NCBI RefSeq assembly: GCF_001194135.2
Contig: NC_068999.1
Span: 16,991,913-17,055,912 of the forward strand
DNA: 64,000 bases
Reading direction: 5' to 3'
Source: Octopus bimaculoides
Taxonomy: Eukaryota
Below are positions 39,509-53,129 of this stretch, piece by piece (the stretch's first letter is position 1; each line of letters opens with the position of its first letter). The notes below the pieces were generated by a model that did no database searches, was not told where the DNA came from, and saw nothing but the letters and a program-made list of their open reading frames with translations. The position numbers and the translations under genes were made by a program.

Positions 39509-39600
39509 ACAGGCTTCTTTCAGTTTTCGTCTGCCATATCCACTCACAAGGCTTTGATCGACACTATGTAGTAAGCTTCTTACAACACAGGCACTCCTGA
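39201..39600 (-). mobile_element. Type A SINE with expanded internal (TA)/(CA) tract
   Basis: rc of tail TTTACTTGTTTCAGTCATTAGACTGAGGCAATGCTGGGGCACC..GGGGACGTAAACACACCAACAC..GGGGACAAAC..GGCTTCTTTCAGTTT..CCACTCACAAGGCTTTG. Confidence 0.85.
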
Positions 39601-40126
39601 GCCTTTGCTGAAATTATTCTATGGAGAATTAAGGTCAGTGTGATCTGACAGTTCCCGTAGTTGTGGCGAACGTTTCTCGCTCACCACCGATGAAAACATC
39701 ACAAGTCAATGTGAGTAGTCCAGTCGTGGTATATAACGCAATATTCTCTGCTCTAACACATCTACTTTAAGGGGGCGGGGGATATATATAATCTGTTAAT
39801 ATTAATACTGCCTCAGTCGCTATTATTTAATTGTTTACACTAGAGACACATAATTACAAATACATAGAACATATACAGACACATATGAATAGATAGATGC
39901 ATACATACTTTGCATACGTACATACATACATACATACATATACAAATATTCAAACATGCAAAATGCTACTAACACGAGTTACAAAATCTCTACAAATGAC
40001 TAAGAACGTTCGCAATGAATAACACAGCAATTTAGTTAGCCTCACTCTCTCCTACTCTCATTGCTGTCATACTCTCTCTCATTGTATGCACTTGTACGTA
40101 CATACATACATGTCATATCGGCCATG

Positions 40127-40190
40127 ATGAAATACCACAAGGTATAGAAAATATGAAATACCACAAGGTATAGAAAATATGAAATACCAC
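40127..40190 (+). repeat. 26-bp tandem repeat, about 2.5 copies
   Basis: ATGAAATACCACAAGGTATAGAAAAT twice plus ATGAAATACCAC. Confidence 0.95.
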
Positions 40191-43100
40191 CTTTATATAT
40201 TTATATATTTAATCCTTTATATTGAACACTCAATATTTCATCTATTCAATAAGACATATTCCATATATTCAATAAGACATTCAATACTTTATTTCATAGT
40301 ACCATCCATTTTTATTTTATATTATATATTATATTATATATTGTATATTCCATATTCTATATCCCACATTGGTTTTGCAGGAATATAAATAAAACATAAA
40401 AAACAGACAGTGTTGGAACTCTTTTAAACAAAATAATATATTCCTCTATACGCAATCATACAAAACCCCCTTTTTTTGTATTTATTTTTACTCGCATATA
40501 TATATGTGTGTGTGTGTGTGTGTGTATGTGTGTGTGTGTGTGTGTAAGCGCATGTGTGTAAGAGTGTGTGTGAGTATGTATGAATATATTTATGTATGTA
40601 TGTATGTATGTATGTATGCATAAGTGTGTGTGTTTTTGCATGTAAGTTTCTTCTTCATCACGAAGACGAATAATGTCTAGTTTTGACGACTATAGTATTG
40701 TAAAAGTCTGGTTATTAATGCCTTATTAACTAATATATTTCAATATCTTTTTCTCACGCTGATTTTCTTGTCATCGAAATATATGTGCACTAGACAATAA
40801 AATGTTGAGAAATTAGTGAAATACGTGTTTGAAGACTACAACACGGGTGACAAATTGGATGAATAGTAAACATCATTAGAAAAGCTTCTATTATTAAGCA
40901 GCAATGAAGAAGTGTGACTTTTAACGACATCACTATACTTCTTGCAGCTTGTCTGCTTGGCTAATATTAACAGTTGATAAGAAAATGCGTACCCTTCAAG
41001 CTGAAGTTAACGTTACATTGGCGCCATCAGATTACCGACAAAAATCCATTAATATTTATTTAATTCTTTTCTGTTGCTGTCTTAACATGATTTCCTATTT
41101 ACACATTAAGTTACACATTAAGACTTGGAGAAATTAATAGCTTTGCAGGAAAACCTTTTCGTCATCTACCGTATTACTTTCTAATATTAGTATTTAGCTT
41201 CAATATAATTTTTGTTCCTTTAGCACTGAAAATGGCTGTCGCATAGATTTTCTTGTCATACTACTCTTTAAGTCTCAGTAATCAACTTTACATTGATTTA
41301 GAGTTAATTCATTTTTCTGATACTACTATATTAATCCGCATTATGTATGTTGGTGTGACTTTGTATTCACGTTATTGTTGTTTATTGAGTAAATTACGGC
41401 ATATACCTTGTGAGTCTATTCTTGTACGGCTGATAAGTAATTCGGCATTTAACTTTAGTTAATTTTCCTTCATATCAAGCTCTAAAGTTTTTTGCTACGA
41501 CTGATACTAGTACTTGATATTGTTCATAGAATAAGGACGTAGTTACTAATATTTATGATGTCACTGGTTAAATTTATTAAATCGCTGTTTCATACCGTCT
41601 TTAAATATATGACACATAAGAAAATACGTCTGGCCTAAAATATTCATTTTAAAAAAAATTGATTCCTGCAACTTCTCTAAGACTGTTGTAGCAATACTGA
41701 ACTGTAAATCTTACAATTCATGTTTCGTTCCAATGAATAATAAAAGCATACAATAAAACTACTCATGCACAGCCTTATCTCAGATTTAAATTGAAATTGA
41801 ACAGGTCTATCTTTGAGCATCTGATATGCTAACCCCCCTATAATTTTCACTTCAGTATTCTTAATTCCTTCAAATAATACGTATCGGAAGAATCAGGAAG
41901 GAAACCTTCATTAACGCTTATAATTTCATACCAGTTCCTCTGTATTGTTTTACTGATTCAGGCATTTGAATCATTGGACTACGGCCAATGTGGAGTACAT
42001 CTATGTGAGGTTCCTCGACGCAGTAGATCTCAGAAATTATTTTAAGTTGAGCACGTATTCTATAAATCTCTACTACCTAACCGGTAATTTTGGGTTCGCA
42101 ATCAAATCAAACGACGGTGATCCAAGAATATATACAAGATTAGATATATAAGATATACCAGAAGCACAAGAATAAAGTCCTTATTTATTACTCATTCAGT
42201 CATGTAAAGCAGTGAAAAAAGCATAAAATAGATATGAAACAGGCAAAACAGTTTACTGTCGCTTTGACAGAAAATGAATCATGTTTCTCTAGAGGTCAAA
42301 GAGAAAGACTATCGCAAAAGTCAGAAAGGAAGCGATTATAGGTGTGCTTTGTCTCAGCAACTATGGACCTAAATAGCAACAAAATCTAGCATATGTCTTT
42401 TATACAGATTTTTCATAACATTTGTTCTCCTTCATAAGTATAAGTGCACGTGTACTTATACATGTTTTGTTCAGTATGTATTTGATTATTGGTGGTGTGT
42501 TTTTGCTTGAAACCGTATATAGAGGTTAGTATATGGACGGCTTTTCAAATGTGAATTTCTCACCTTTATCATATAGGTGAACACACATATATTGAAATAC
42601 ATACAAGTACACACAAACACACACACACGGACACACACACACACACATATATATGTGTGTGATATTTGTGTATATGTATATATATATGAACATATAACTT
42701 TATATATATATATATATATGTATGTATATAAATATGTAATATATGTATGTATGCATGTGTGCATATAAGCATTTGTGTCTTTTACACAATATATTTTCTC
42801 CAATCAACGTATATTGACGTCAAATTCTTTGAACATTTTGTAAATTGTTATTTTTTCATCTCTTTTAAATTTATATTAATAACTTTCGTAATATGTCAGA
42901 TATTTGTTGTTATGTCTTGTGTTTGAAATATGCATTAATATAACTCTACTAGACGTAAGATATTTTCTTCGTAATTAAAATACATCTAATTTTAGTTTTA
43001 TATTTTAACATCACATTTCCTTGATCGCATGTCAGAGATAATAGAAAATTGAACATATTGTTTAGGATATGAAAAGTAAAGAAAAAAAATCACAATTTCA

Positions 43101-44360
43101 CTTATTAAAATGCAGATTTCATTTTGCTTTCAGTTATTAATTTAAATAAATGTATTTAAGATTTCAAGTTTTATAACTCACTTTCTTTCAATACGTACAA
43201 GTTTATAATCAGTGAATGAGGAATACGCCTATACAGATATGAAACTTTTGAAAAATACCAAAAGCCACAAGAAAATGATCGTGTCTCTACTTATAATATC
43301 TAAGATGTAGATCTGACAGTAATAATCTAATTATTTTACACACTTATCTCAAGTCGTCTAAGCATGAAATCCTATATATACATACGTACATACATACATA
43401 CATACATACATATATANNNNNNNNNNNNNNNNNNNNNNNNNNNNNNNNNNNNNNNNNNNNNNTATATATATGTATGGGGCTCTTAAACGAGCACAGTTAT
43501 ATGACCTCTAGGAAGCCATTACAAAAACATGCTTTACAAGACGAAATATATCGTTGCAGGACATGCAAATTCTCGCAGATTACAACGCCTTTAATAACAT
43601 ATCTGCCCAGTTGTGGATGGCCACTTAAGACTGTAAATCAAAAACAAGAACATGAGGCGTAACAAAAATAAAACGCATATGATAACATGACAATATACGT
43701 CTGACAAAGATCCGATTGGTGTGGAGTTATTTATGAATAATTTTGGTTAGCCTGTCCTTGAGAACTGATATTCAGGATGTTTTGTGGAGGAATATTTACA
43801 TCGGTGGTTTCAATTGAGTTTCAACGAAATACAGATGATCAAAAACAATAGCTCTAAGAGCAATTAATCGAAGTAACGTTTGCTGTAGATAAAAATTAAT
43901 CGAATTTCAGCAAATATTTAAAATAGAGAAAAGAAACTAATTCAAATAATTTATGCGTGTCAGTCTGGTATACAATGGCGTAGGTTTTTGAAACCGGTGT
44001 AGTGTATGTTAAAAACCTTGTATACTTTTTATTATATCTTGATCAAAATGTGTTGTAATTCAATGAATATCTGAAACGCTATGTACACTCTACGAAGAAA
44101 TTACCATTTCAACAAAACAATAAACATTTGCATTATAATTTCATTTAATTAGCAACAATTCATGCATGTATTTGTGCCATAGTTATACTTACATGCGTGC
44201 TGCACAGTATGTGAATTGTATTGTACAAGCACACACACATGCATACAGTAACAATTAGCCCACAACATACAGAATCTACAGAAGCTCTTGTTTCAATAAA
44301 TCAATCTATTATATATAACGATATTTAAATCTTTCATGTATATNNNNNNNNNNNNNNNNN

Positions 44361-44413
<53 letters not shown>

Positions 44414-45145
44414 CAAATAATCCGATTATTTGATGAAAGCGTTAAATGTTACTTCATCTAATTGTTTTTCCCTGGACTGTTTTCGACAATAAGTAATTCG
44501 ATGAAATTTTGTAATTATCCATATCATCACCTTTCTGGTTCTGGGCGATTCTTGTATTTGCATAACAAAATAACAATTTTTTTTGTGGCTTTCCTTGTGA
44601 ATCTATATGCCAGATGAACTCACCGTTAATCTCACATTATCAACTAGTGAGAAATATTCTATGTGAGATCTCCATTATAGACCGATAAAATCTACCTAAA
44701 ATGCTGACCACAACACATCACACGCACAATTATCTATTATAGAACGAAACTTTGTACAATATAGTCTGATTGTCTGAGTTGAAGCAAAAAGGAAATGTAA
44801 ACGTGATGTCGAAGAACAGAGAGTCGGAGGTTGGATATCAGCTGGTTTAGATCTAACATAAGTTAAAATGAACAAGCGTAATTCAATTTTTTTATTGATT
44901 GGTAAAGTATATATGTTTTATATAGAAATAATTTTTGACCAACTGTGACAAAATGTGTTCACAAATCATAGAATTCCTAAAATGATATCGCGAACAGCTG
45001 ATGGATTATCCCTCTTAGGATAATCTATCAGAAAAAAGATTTTGTCTGTTGTAATGTTGAGAGTGGCTTAATCAATAGTAATGCGAAAAGAACAGAGTGG
45101 TCAGCACGTGCCTGTGACTACGTGTATCTCTCTTTCTGTGTGTGT

Positions 45146-45198
<53 letters not shown>

Positions 45199-45211
45199 CA
45201 GNNNNNNNNNN

Positions 45212-45253
<42 letters not shown>

Positions 45254-45588
45254 ATATATATATATGTATGCATATATATATTCTGCGTTAAATGAAGAAA
45301 CAGTGATGAATGAAAATTCTGTAAAAAGTTAAAATAATAATAAGCTTAAAGTTTATAAGCGTTCACTATTTAAGGAAACAGAATAATATTGGAGCATATA
45401 AGACCTCGACAGTAAAAGTGTGTTTTAGAACGCGTGGGAATTGATTTTACACCTCTTATATTCACGATAAGTTTGTTGCGAGTACATGCATATATGTATG
45501 TATGTCCGTTATTGCGTTATTGTTATTAATATCATTATTTTTGTTACTATTAATATTAATATCATCATAATCATCATCATCATTATTA

Positions 45589-45630
<42 letters not shown>

Positions 45631-45632
<2 letters not shown>

Positions 45633-46302
45633 TAAAGCAGTTTGATTCGGTACCATGCGACTTGAAGTTGTATAGGTTTCATACAGAAATGTAGCTCATT
45701 CCACCTCAGATTATGGAATGGAGATGCACAAGAAGTCCAAGATGGATGATGGAAAATGGGCTGGTATTGGCCAAGGCATGTCACATGGTGTTATTAGCGT
45801 AGGATCGATGATTCAGCAACAGCAGTTCCATTAGGAAGGGAGCCATGTGACTGGAGAGGAAGCTGGTTGTGTCTATTCTTGTGTCTATTCTTATACACAC
45901 ATACATTTACCCACAAACACACATGCACACACACAAAACCAATAATCTACCCACACTCACGTATTCCTTCATCTGCTACACACACATAAAATTATGTGTG
46001 TGTGCGTATACACATTACACACCCCACCACACACACTCTCATTCCTACAGCCAGTACCCAGACACTAAGCCACCACTAGCTTATTATCCGGTCATGCAGA
46101 GATTCCCTTGCTTGATGGAACTGCTGTCGCTGGTCGTCGATCTTACGCTGATATCATATGACTCGCTTTGACCAATAACAACCTACTTTATTAGACTTCC
46201 TGGGATTCTCCATTCAGTAATCTGAGCCTGAACAAGTTAAGCTTCTGTATGAAGCCAGCGAAAATATAAGTCGCAGAGAACCGAATCAAACTGTTTTGAA
46301 TA
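45631..46302. repeat. Diverged inverted repeat pair (arms ~45631-45870 and ~46072-46302) around a CA-rich spacer
   Basis: Collinear blocks: ATGGAACTGCTGT(T/C)GCTG 17/18, TCGATC(C/T)TACGCT, CCAATA(C/A)CA, CTCCATTC..TAATCTGAG, TTCTGTATGAA, ACCGAATCAAACTG(C/T)TTT(A/G)AATA. Confidence 0.85.
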
Positions 46303-46504
46303 ATAGCACATATAACTAATACTAAATATGTAAATAGGAAGAGTGCCCTTTCGTTTGCCGCTCACTCGTTTACACACACACACACACACACATACACTTG
46401 TACACACATACACATACATAAGCATATACAAATACATATATATACACATACGTAATTGCTTAGTTTACCGATCAATAAGTGTGTAGCCTAATTAAGTATA
46501 AATT

Positions 46505-46640
46505 TCAATGTCATTGGTCCGTAGGATCTTTAGAAAACCGAACAAATGCCTTATGATGTTTGTCCCTACTCTTTACGTTCTGAGTTAGATTCCTGCGAAA
46601 GTCAAATTTGCCTTTCATTCTTCTGAATTTAATAAATTGA
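46505..46640 (+). mobile_element. Type C-like SINE, 5' part
   Basis: AACAAATGCCTTATG..CTTTACGTTCTGAGTTAGATTCC..GTCAAATTTGCCTTTCATTCTT. Confidence 0.65.
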
Positions 46641-47538
46641 AGAAGCTTTTAAATATTGTTGTTCCTTTAACTGAATGGCGTTCTATCTCAATAAGCGTCT
46701 GCCATCATACATTTGAACTGAAATTCCCACCCAATGATGTAGCTCTGGCGGGAGCTAAGATGTTACACAGGCTAGTATATATTCCCGTAACCTAAATCTT
46801 ATCTCTCTCAAACTCATAATAATACAGCCAACGTAGCGAACACAAACGTAGTTTCTCATTCACTGGTATAGGCTACATTGATTGCTTCCAAGACTGGACC
46901 AAATGAAAGTATACTGCAAAAGAAAAGGAGGAAAAGTACAAGCAATTTACAAACCTGGTAACACCACATTAGACTAAATATTTAGTTATTATAATAATTA
47001 TTATAATTTATTGTACATTAATCAATTTCGATCTAGTAATTGCAAGTCTCGTTTTTAATATCAAACTTATATATTTTCTTATCTGTCTTGCAATAATTAA
47101 AGTTTTCGCTGATATATGTGTTGATGTATATGTGATTTGAAGATTATGTAGTCAGGATCCAACGTTGCTACCGATAATTATCTGTCTAGATGGTATTGCA
47201 TATAATAATTACATAACTTGAAACTGCAATTTCATCAGGGACGTTTTACGCCAAGCTGATACGTCAGAGATACCCAACATAAAACAAGCAAAGACATTAG
47301 CATTATTTGAAATGTTTAATTGGTTTTGGAACTCAACACTATAATACTCACACAAAAACAACATCTCACTGTGTTCCTCCCAAAATTACTCTTACAGATT
47401 CATGGACATACACACATATGTATATAATAAGCAAATATGCAACTTATAGTCATAACGAAACTAAATAGCTGCGTGTATAATTTATGCTAAATTATAAATA
47501 AATAAATGATTTATAGATTTCTTTTTTTTGCATCCCAG

Positions 47539-47712
47539 TTCACAAATATCTTAATTATTGATGTTGAAAGTACCGTATCTGACCGTAACTGTTATCCTTA
47601 TCTATTTGCTATCACACTCATCGATTATACATCTTGGAATAATTTGAAAGAATTGATTGAAACTAATAATCAGGCAAAGACTGTAACAACAAAAATAGAT
47701 CGCGTGTACTAA
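47539..47712 (+). CDS. Candidate exon (FTNILIIDVESTVSDRNCYPYLFAITLIDYTSWNNLKELIETNNQAKTVTTKIDRVY*)
   Basis: Acceptor TTCTTTTTTTTGCATCCCAG|, 57 codons in phase 0 to TAA, AATAAA at 47790. No homology recognised. Confidence 0.22.
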   Translation, partial: FTNILIIDVESTVSDRNCYPYLFAITLIDYTSWNNLKELIETNNQAKTVTTKIDRVY

Positions 47713-48737
47713 TATCTGATACTGAAGCTTTGGATAGAAAATTTGCCTACTCTTAACTCATACTCACTAGCTATCGCAATGTACTTTCAAATAAAACTAG
47801 AGTAGTTTCAATATAAATACCGGGCGGATATTATTTATATGTCCTGTTGTAACATTCTAACTATCAGATGACATGAAATACACTCCTAATCGGGTGATAA
47901 GCAGAGAAACTATACAATGAAAGGTGAAAAATTTCTAAACAGAAATGTACAAGACAATAAGATATGGTAGTAACACGGTTCAACAGCTACCTCATTTTAG
48001 CATGTTTTATAAAGTGCTACCACTATTTTTGGAAATTCTCATGGTTATTTTAAAAACCATGAGATGCATAATTTCTTTACATATTGTATTTTCTAGCAAA
48101 GGTTTTATACATGATGGGGCGTAAATTCTATGGAAAAAATTCTAATTTGCTTCTCGTTGCTTTTCAATTGTGGCTATGTTATTACAAGTTTCTTTAATCT
48201 TCCAGTTATATTGGAAGCTTTGTTTTTAAATTGGTTATTCTCGTAAACGTCTATTTCTTGGAACTGTGAAAAATCCACGTTAGTAATAAAAAGGCACAAT
48301 TTTTTAAAGATAACGTCTTTGAAAACTATATTCTTTACAATATATTTGTCACCTCTCCTAAATTGTGAAGTTTTATCTATCTGTTTTTAATAGCGTGTTA
48401 AATAATAAATACGAAATAGAGAGTGCTGAAATAGAATTTTCGATGAAAAAATACCCGTTCATTTCTTTTCGACTTTCAATTATTGTGTGAATAAAATTAT
48501 TGAAACATTCTTGAAAGAATTATTTATACTGGAGAAGGTTGAAACAATCATAAAAATTTGAACGAAATAGAAGATTCAGGCTATCAATAACGTTTAACAG
48601 TTAACATTACAGAATGGCGTTACCATTCTTCAAAACGCCATATCTATATTTTTCTAATAGAGCAATGTGAATTTCTCTAATAGAAAAATATACGTTTTTG
48701 TAGCGTTTATATCACAGTTAACTTTTAAAAAAAAGTT

Positions 48738-49870
48738 ATACACAAGGTACGTTCCAGACGTGTGGAGAAATTTTCAAGAAAGGAATAAGAAAAAACTGTA
48801 ATCTAATGTAGGATCCTCTGATTTCAGTGCACTTGTAGCGCTCCAGCCACTTCTTGAAGGCCACATGTAAGTCCACCTAATTGAACATGTCCATGACCCT
48901 TATCAAAGCTACCTCCATCTTCTCAACGTTTTCAAACGACTGCCCTTGTGGTTCACCTTCAACTCGGGGGACAAGCAGAAGTCACATGGAAAAGGCTTGG
49001 ACTGTAAGGAGAGTGTAGAATAATTTTGATGTTCATCTTTATGAAATAGTTTGTTAACAGGATGGAAATGTGGACTGGTGCATTGTCCTGATGCAGTTAC
49101 CCCTGACCCGAATGAATGAAAACTCTGGGCTATTGCTACGAACTCTCTTCTTGAAGTTCCTCAAAATCATTACAGATGAAACAGTATTGACAGCATGGCA
49201 AGAGGAAAGCTTGTCGATGTTCTTGCTGTCGAAAAAAAAGGTATTATCATGAGCTCCCTGGATTTCTTGATTCTGGAGTAGACGAAATGCTTCTACTGAG
49301 CACTCTGTCTTCTGGTTTCTAGATAATAACAGTAAATCCAACTTTTGCCTTAAGTCACCAGAAACTTTTTGCTCTTAAATTATAGCTTAACAGCTCGTCC
49401 ATCTCGTTACTGTTACTAACGCGCCTTTCTTTTTGTTCGTCACTGAGCACTTTGTAAACAAGATTTGAACAAACTGTGTACATGTTCAGAACTTCGAGGA
49501 TAATTCTGTGTACATTTGTCACACCAACTTCACACTACGTTTATTGTCTTTATAGAAGCATATTAATGTCTTTATAGAAGCATAACGTTGTTCATCCAGA
49601 AAATTGCGAATATTCTAAACCAGTTCTGATCTTCTTCTCCATCCCATACCTCACATAATCTCTCACATCCTCTCTACTGTCCTTGAAACTCTTATAACAG
49701 ACAAAAACAGATGTCTGGTTCATACAAGTTAGTCCACAATCAAGTTAAAACTTTTATAAGCCTCCATAGCATATTTGCTTAGCTTAACACAAAGCATTAT
49801 TGTTCAGAGTGCTGCTACAACCGTCTTCTATAATCTGGAATAAAATATGGCAGGTCAGTTTATTAGATGT
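48738..49870 (-). mobile_element. Decayed, near full-length mariner (Tc1/mariner) transposon
   Basis: Minus-strand pieces in the expected order: LCVKLSKYAMEAY; YKSFKDSREDVRD; VHRIILEVLNMYTVCSNLVYKVLSDEQKERRVS; HQDNAPVH..LHSPYSPSL; AFKKWLERYKCTEIRGS. Many stops and frameshifts. Confidence 0.9.
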
Positions 49871-50297
49871 ACAGTAATGATATACTAAAATTACTAAAAT
49901 CATCTAAGCCACTTATAATTGCGTCTCGTAAAACATCTCCAACCTTCTGGAATGCAACTCATAAATAAAATAAATGTTACATCTTTAATATATTATGTCT
50001 TCTATTTAATTTCTTAGTTTATCACTCGTCTTTTGAATAATACTATTTACACAATTTACTAGTCTACAAATCTGTAAATATCACAAAAACAACTAAGATG
50101 CCAGGGACGGCAGCAGCAAAGGTCATCATTTACTTGTTACTCTATGTATATGTGATTACAATTGTAAGCGTGTTTATATAAGTAATTTTGTATACGTACA
50201 AACACGTATACTTACATACGCATACATACATGCATGCATACATACATACATACATACGTACATGCATACATACATGCATTCATACATACGTACATAC

Positions 50298-51186
50298 ATG
50301 ATGGCATTCCACTCGTGACCGAGGGATGTTATTGCAGACTTTAGGAACATTGTGCTCTCTAGGACTAACATATATTTTGCATTTGAGTTTCCGTTGGTGG
50401 CTAATGAGCCCTGTTCCTGACCAGCCTAGACGACTGCAAAAATTGCCAACCAAGCTTTCCCCATTCACTACACTAGCAGTGCGCTTTCGAGCAGCACACT
50501 TAGATTTTTCATGCAGAATACATACTCTCTCAAAGGTGTCGGCCCCCTCCTTAACCTGCTTCCTCTAACTGTGGCGATGGTAGGCATTGCTCTCCCAGTC
50601 AATCTCCTGCATATCACAGGCCTTTAACGAGGACTTGACACAGTCCTTAAATCACAGCCTTGGTTTCCGCCGGGATCTCTTTCCATTAACATGTACCCCA
50701 TATATGTAAAGGATCCATGTCTCACTTGAGTAAAGGAGTGATGTCAGTACACATGCACGGTGCAGAGTAATTTTTGTTTTTTGTGATACCATGCTGTGAC
50801 CAAACACGAGACTAAAGCGACCGGAAGGAATCAGTTGCTCTCTGCAACCTGAAAGATATTTCATCATCCAGTGAGCATGAACGGCTGAGTGTGCTGGTCA
50901 GGTAGTCAAAGTTTCAAAATTGTCCCTTCAACCAAGACAGCTGGTTCCACATAGGGATTTCCTGGTGCAGGCTGGAAAATTACAACAGTCTTGTACAGGC
51001 TAATGCTGAGTCCTAATGCCTTGCAAGAAGCAGATATACCATTCATAAGTATTTGCATGCCATCCACTGTATGAGTGACTAAGACACAGTCATCTGCACT
51101 AAGGGGGTCACGAAGAAGAGACTGGAAAGCTTTTGAATTGGCAGCAAACTGGCCCAGATTAAAGAAGCGGCCAGAAGATCGATAGC
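50298..51186 (-). mobile_element. RTE-clade LINE, 5'-truncated 3' portion with (ATGT)n tail
   Basis: YRSSGRFFNL..LLRDPLSADDCVLVTH..CKALGLSISLYKTVVIFQPAPGNPYVEP..DYLTSTLSR..LDDEISFRLQRA..RACVLTSLLYSSETW..GKRSRRKPRL*FKDCVKSSLK..GLISHQRK. Confidence 0.92.
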
Positions 51187-51605
51187 TGACATACATACAT
51201 ACATACATGCATACATGCGTATGTAGGCTTCGCAAAGCTAAAAAGGAGAAAGCTGAGTCGATGACTACAGATCCAAGCCAACGCTGAAACTGTAGAACTT
51301 TCCAGATGTTTATTATTTAAGTATATATGAGTATGTATAGATATGTATAGATATTTATAAGACATACATAAAACAAAACATACACATCTGCACATACACA
51401 AACATACATACATACATACATAAAAATATTCTGTTGATGTTGTTGAAATTCCAATGAAGGAACCTTGGATTTAGGTTAGAAACCGATTCTTTCTCTATTG
51501 GCAAGAAATATTGAAATGAAACAGAATAATGGCATACATACATACTTCCTTAGATACACACATACCTACCTACCTACCTACATACATACATACATACATA
51601 GATAC

Positions 51606-51636
<31 letters not shown>

Positions 51637-51789
51637 CATACATTCATTTGTCTATATATACATACATAAACATTCACACACGCACATATACAGAATTTGA
51701 AATCAGAAGATAAAACGACGCAGCTAAAAGGGGCAAACAGTTTGTTGTCCAATCCACTGCCCTGAGAGTGTAAACAGCATGATCAGCAC

Positions 51790-51839
51790 TCCTGCAGGCA
51801 CCATCACCACCACCACCACCACCACCACCACTGCAGCTG

Positions 51840-51882
<43 letters not shown>

Positions 51883-52010
51883 CACTAGCGGTAATACAGC
51901 ACTAGCTGCAGAAGTAGTGATAGTAGTAGCTATAATGATGATGATGATGATGATGATAATAATAATAATACTAATTATAATAATAATAATAACGACAACA
52001 ACATTAGTAA
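51790..52010. repeat. Compound trinucleotide microsatellite (CAC, CTA, GAT, AAT)
   Basis: Direct reading. Confidence 0.95.
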
Positions 52011-52603
52011 AGATTTAAGCAATCATTTCATTAGACGTGAAGAGAACTAGGCGGCAAATCTTCAATCGATTGTTTACTCGTTCATCATTCGTAAGAGAGA
52101 AAAAAAAAGTGATAAAATGAAATAATTTGAGTCGAGTGAAGCAGAATTAATATACAATGCTCGTTATCCGCATTCCGTTGAGGTTTCTACAAAAGAAATA
52201 AAAAGTAATCCACATAAATTGTTAGTGCAAGTGATGGTAATATGTTTGATTGCAATGTGCTGAAAGTTCGTAAAGAATTAGGTAAGTCCCCAGTTGGGTA
52301 AATTCGTAAGACTGACACTATTCCTATTTCAAAACATTTTACTTTTTCTACATTAACGACGTTGCGTTAGCAAAAATTGTCCGCAGCAGCAGCAGCAGTA
52401 GTAATAGTAGTAGTAGTTGCTGTTGTTGTTATTGTTGTTGTTGTTGCTGTTTCTGGAGAGTGAACATTTGGAGGAGGCGGATGAGAAGAATTTCGTAGCA
52501 ATTTGCATAGATTTAAAGTTAATCCTATGTACACACTGCTGCTAGCCCTGAAGGCAGCAAAAGTGTACTAGTCGTCAATGTCTCATTCTTCTATATTTGT
52601 CCC

Positions 52604-52635
<32 letters not shown>

Positions 52636-52935
52636 GGTACACATACATACTTATACGTGTGTGTGAGCGTCTGTACGTATGTGTGTGTGTGTGAGCGTGT
52701 GTGTATGTGAGCATGTATTCATTTTTTGTATGTGTGTGCGCGTGCGTGTATAGTCTACGTTGCCAAATTATATCTCTATTTGACATGGTTCTAACGAGTG
52801 TGACTCATTATGTCTATATGATCAAGCGACAGTAAACAGCCTCACAATTATCGAATGTGTAGGTGCAACGTGTTTCCTGCTGTAACCACAAACATCATAC
52901 ATGACTTCTTTCCATGTTTTTTTTTTTATGTCCAG

Positions 52936-53092
52936 AACATCAAAATATTCAGAATTCTGTTCCCGCTTCAAAATTTCCTTTCATGCAGATTTTCAAACGA
53001 AACTACCTGCGACATAGGGAAGATCCTACAAAAGGATAGGCACAATCTCTTCCGCTGGAAGATGTTTATAGGCTTTTATGGAAATCAAATCC
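52936..53092 (+). CDS. Candidate exon with strong splice sites at both ends
   Basis: Acceptor TTTTTTTTTATGTCCAG| (alternative TTTCCTTTCATGCAG| at 52988), donor TCC|GTAAGT; phase-0 frame open (NIKIF..FSNETTCDIGKILQKDRHNLFRWKMFIGFYGNQI). Confidence 0.3.
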
Positions 53093-53129
53093 GTAAGTCA
53101 TGTGTAATCTTAGGGATTGTTTATGTTTT

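Noticed and set aside
41962-42151. ORF HWTTANVEY.. faintly SAM-domain-like
   Set aside because: Conserved SAM hydrophobic and Gly positions do not line up.
43474-43662. ORF with YRCRTCKF, possible C2H2 zinc finger
   Set aside because: No correctly spaced histidines and no TGEKP linker.
45676-45834. Attractive terminal-exon-like frame VSYRNVAHSTSDYGMEMHKKSKMDDGKWAGIGQGMSHG..QQQQFH*
   Set aside because: It lies inside one arm of the inverted repeat, and the second arm has a stop and an indel in that frame, so it is more likely repeat-derived.
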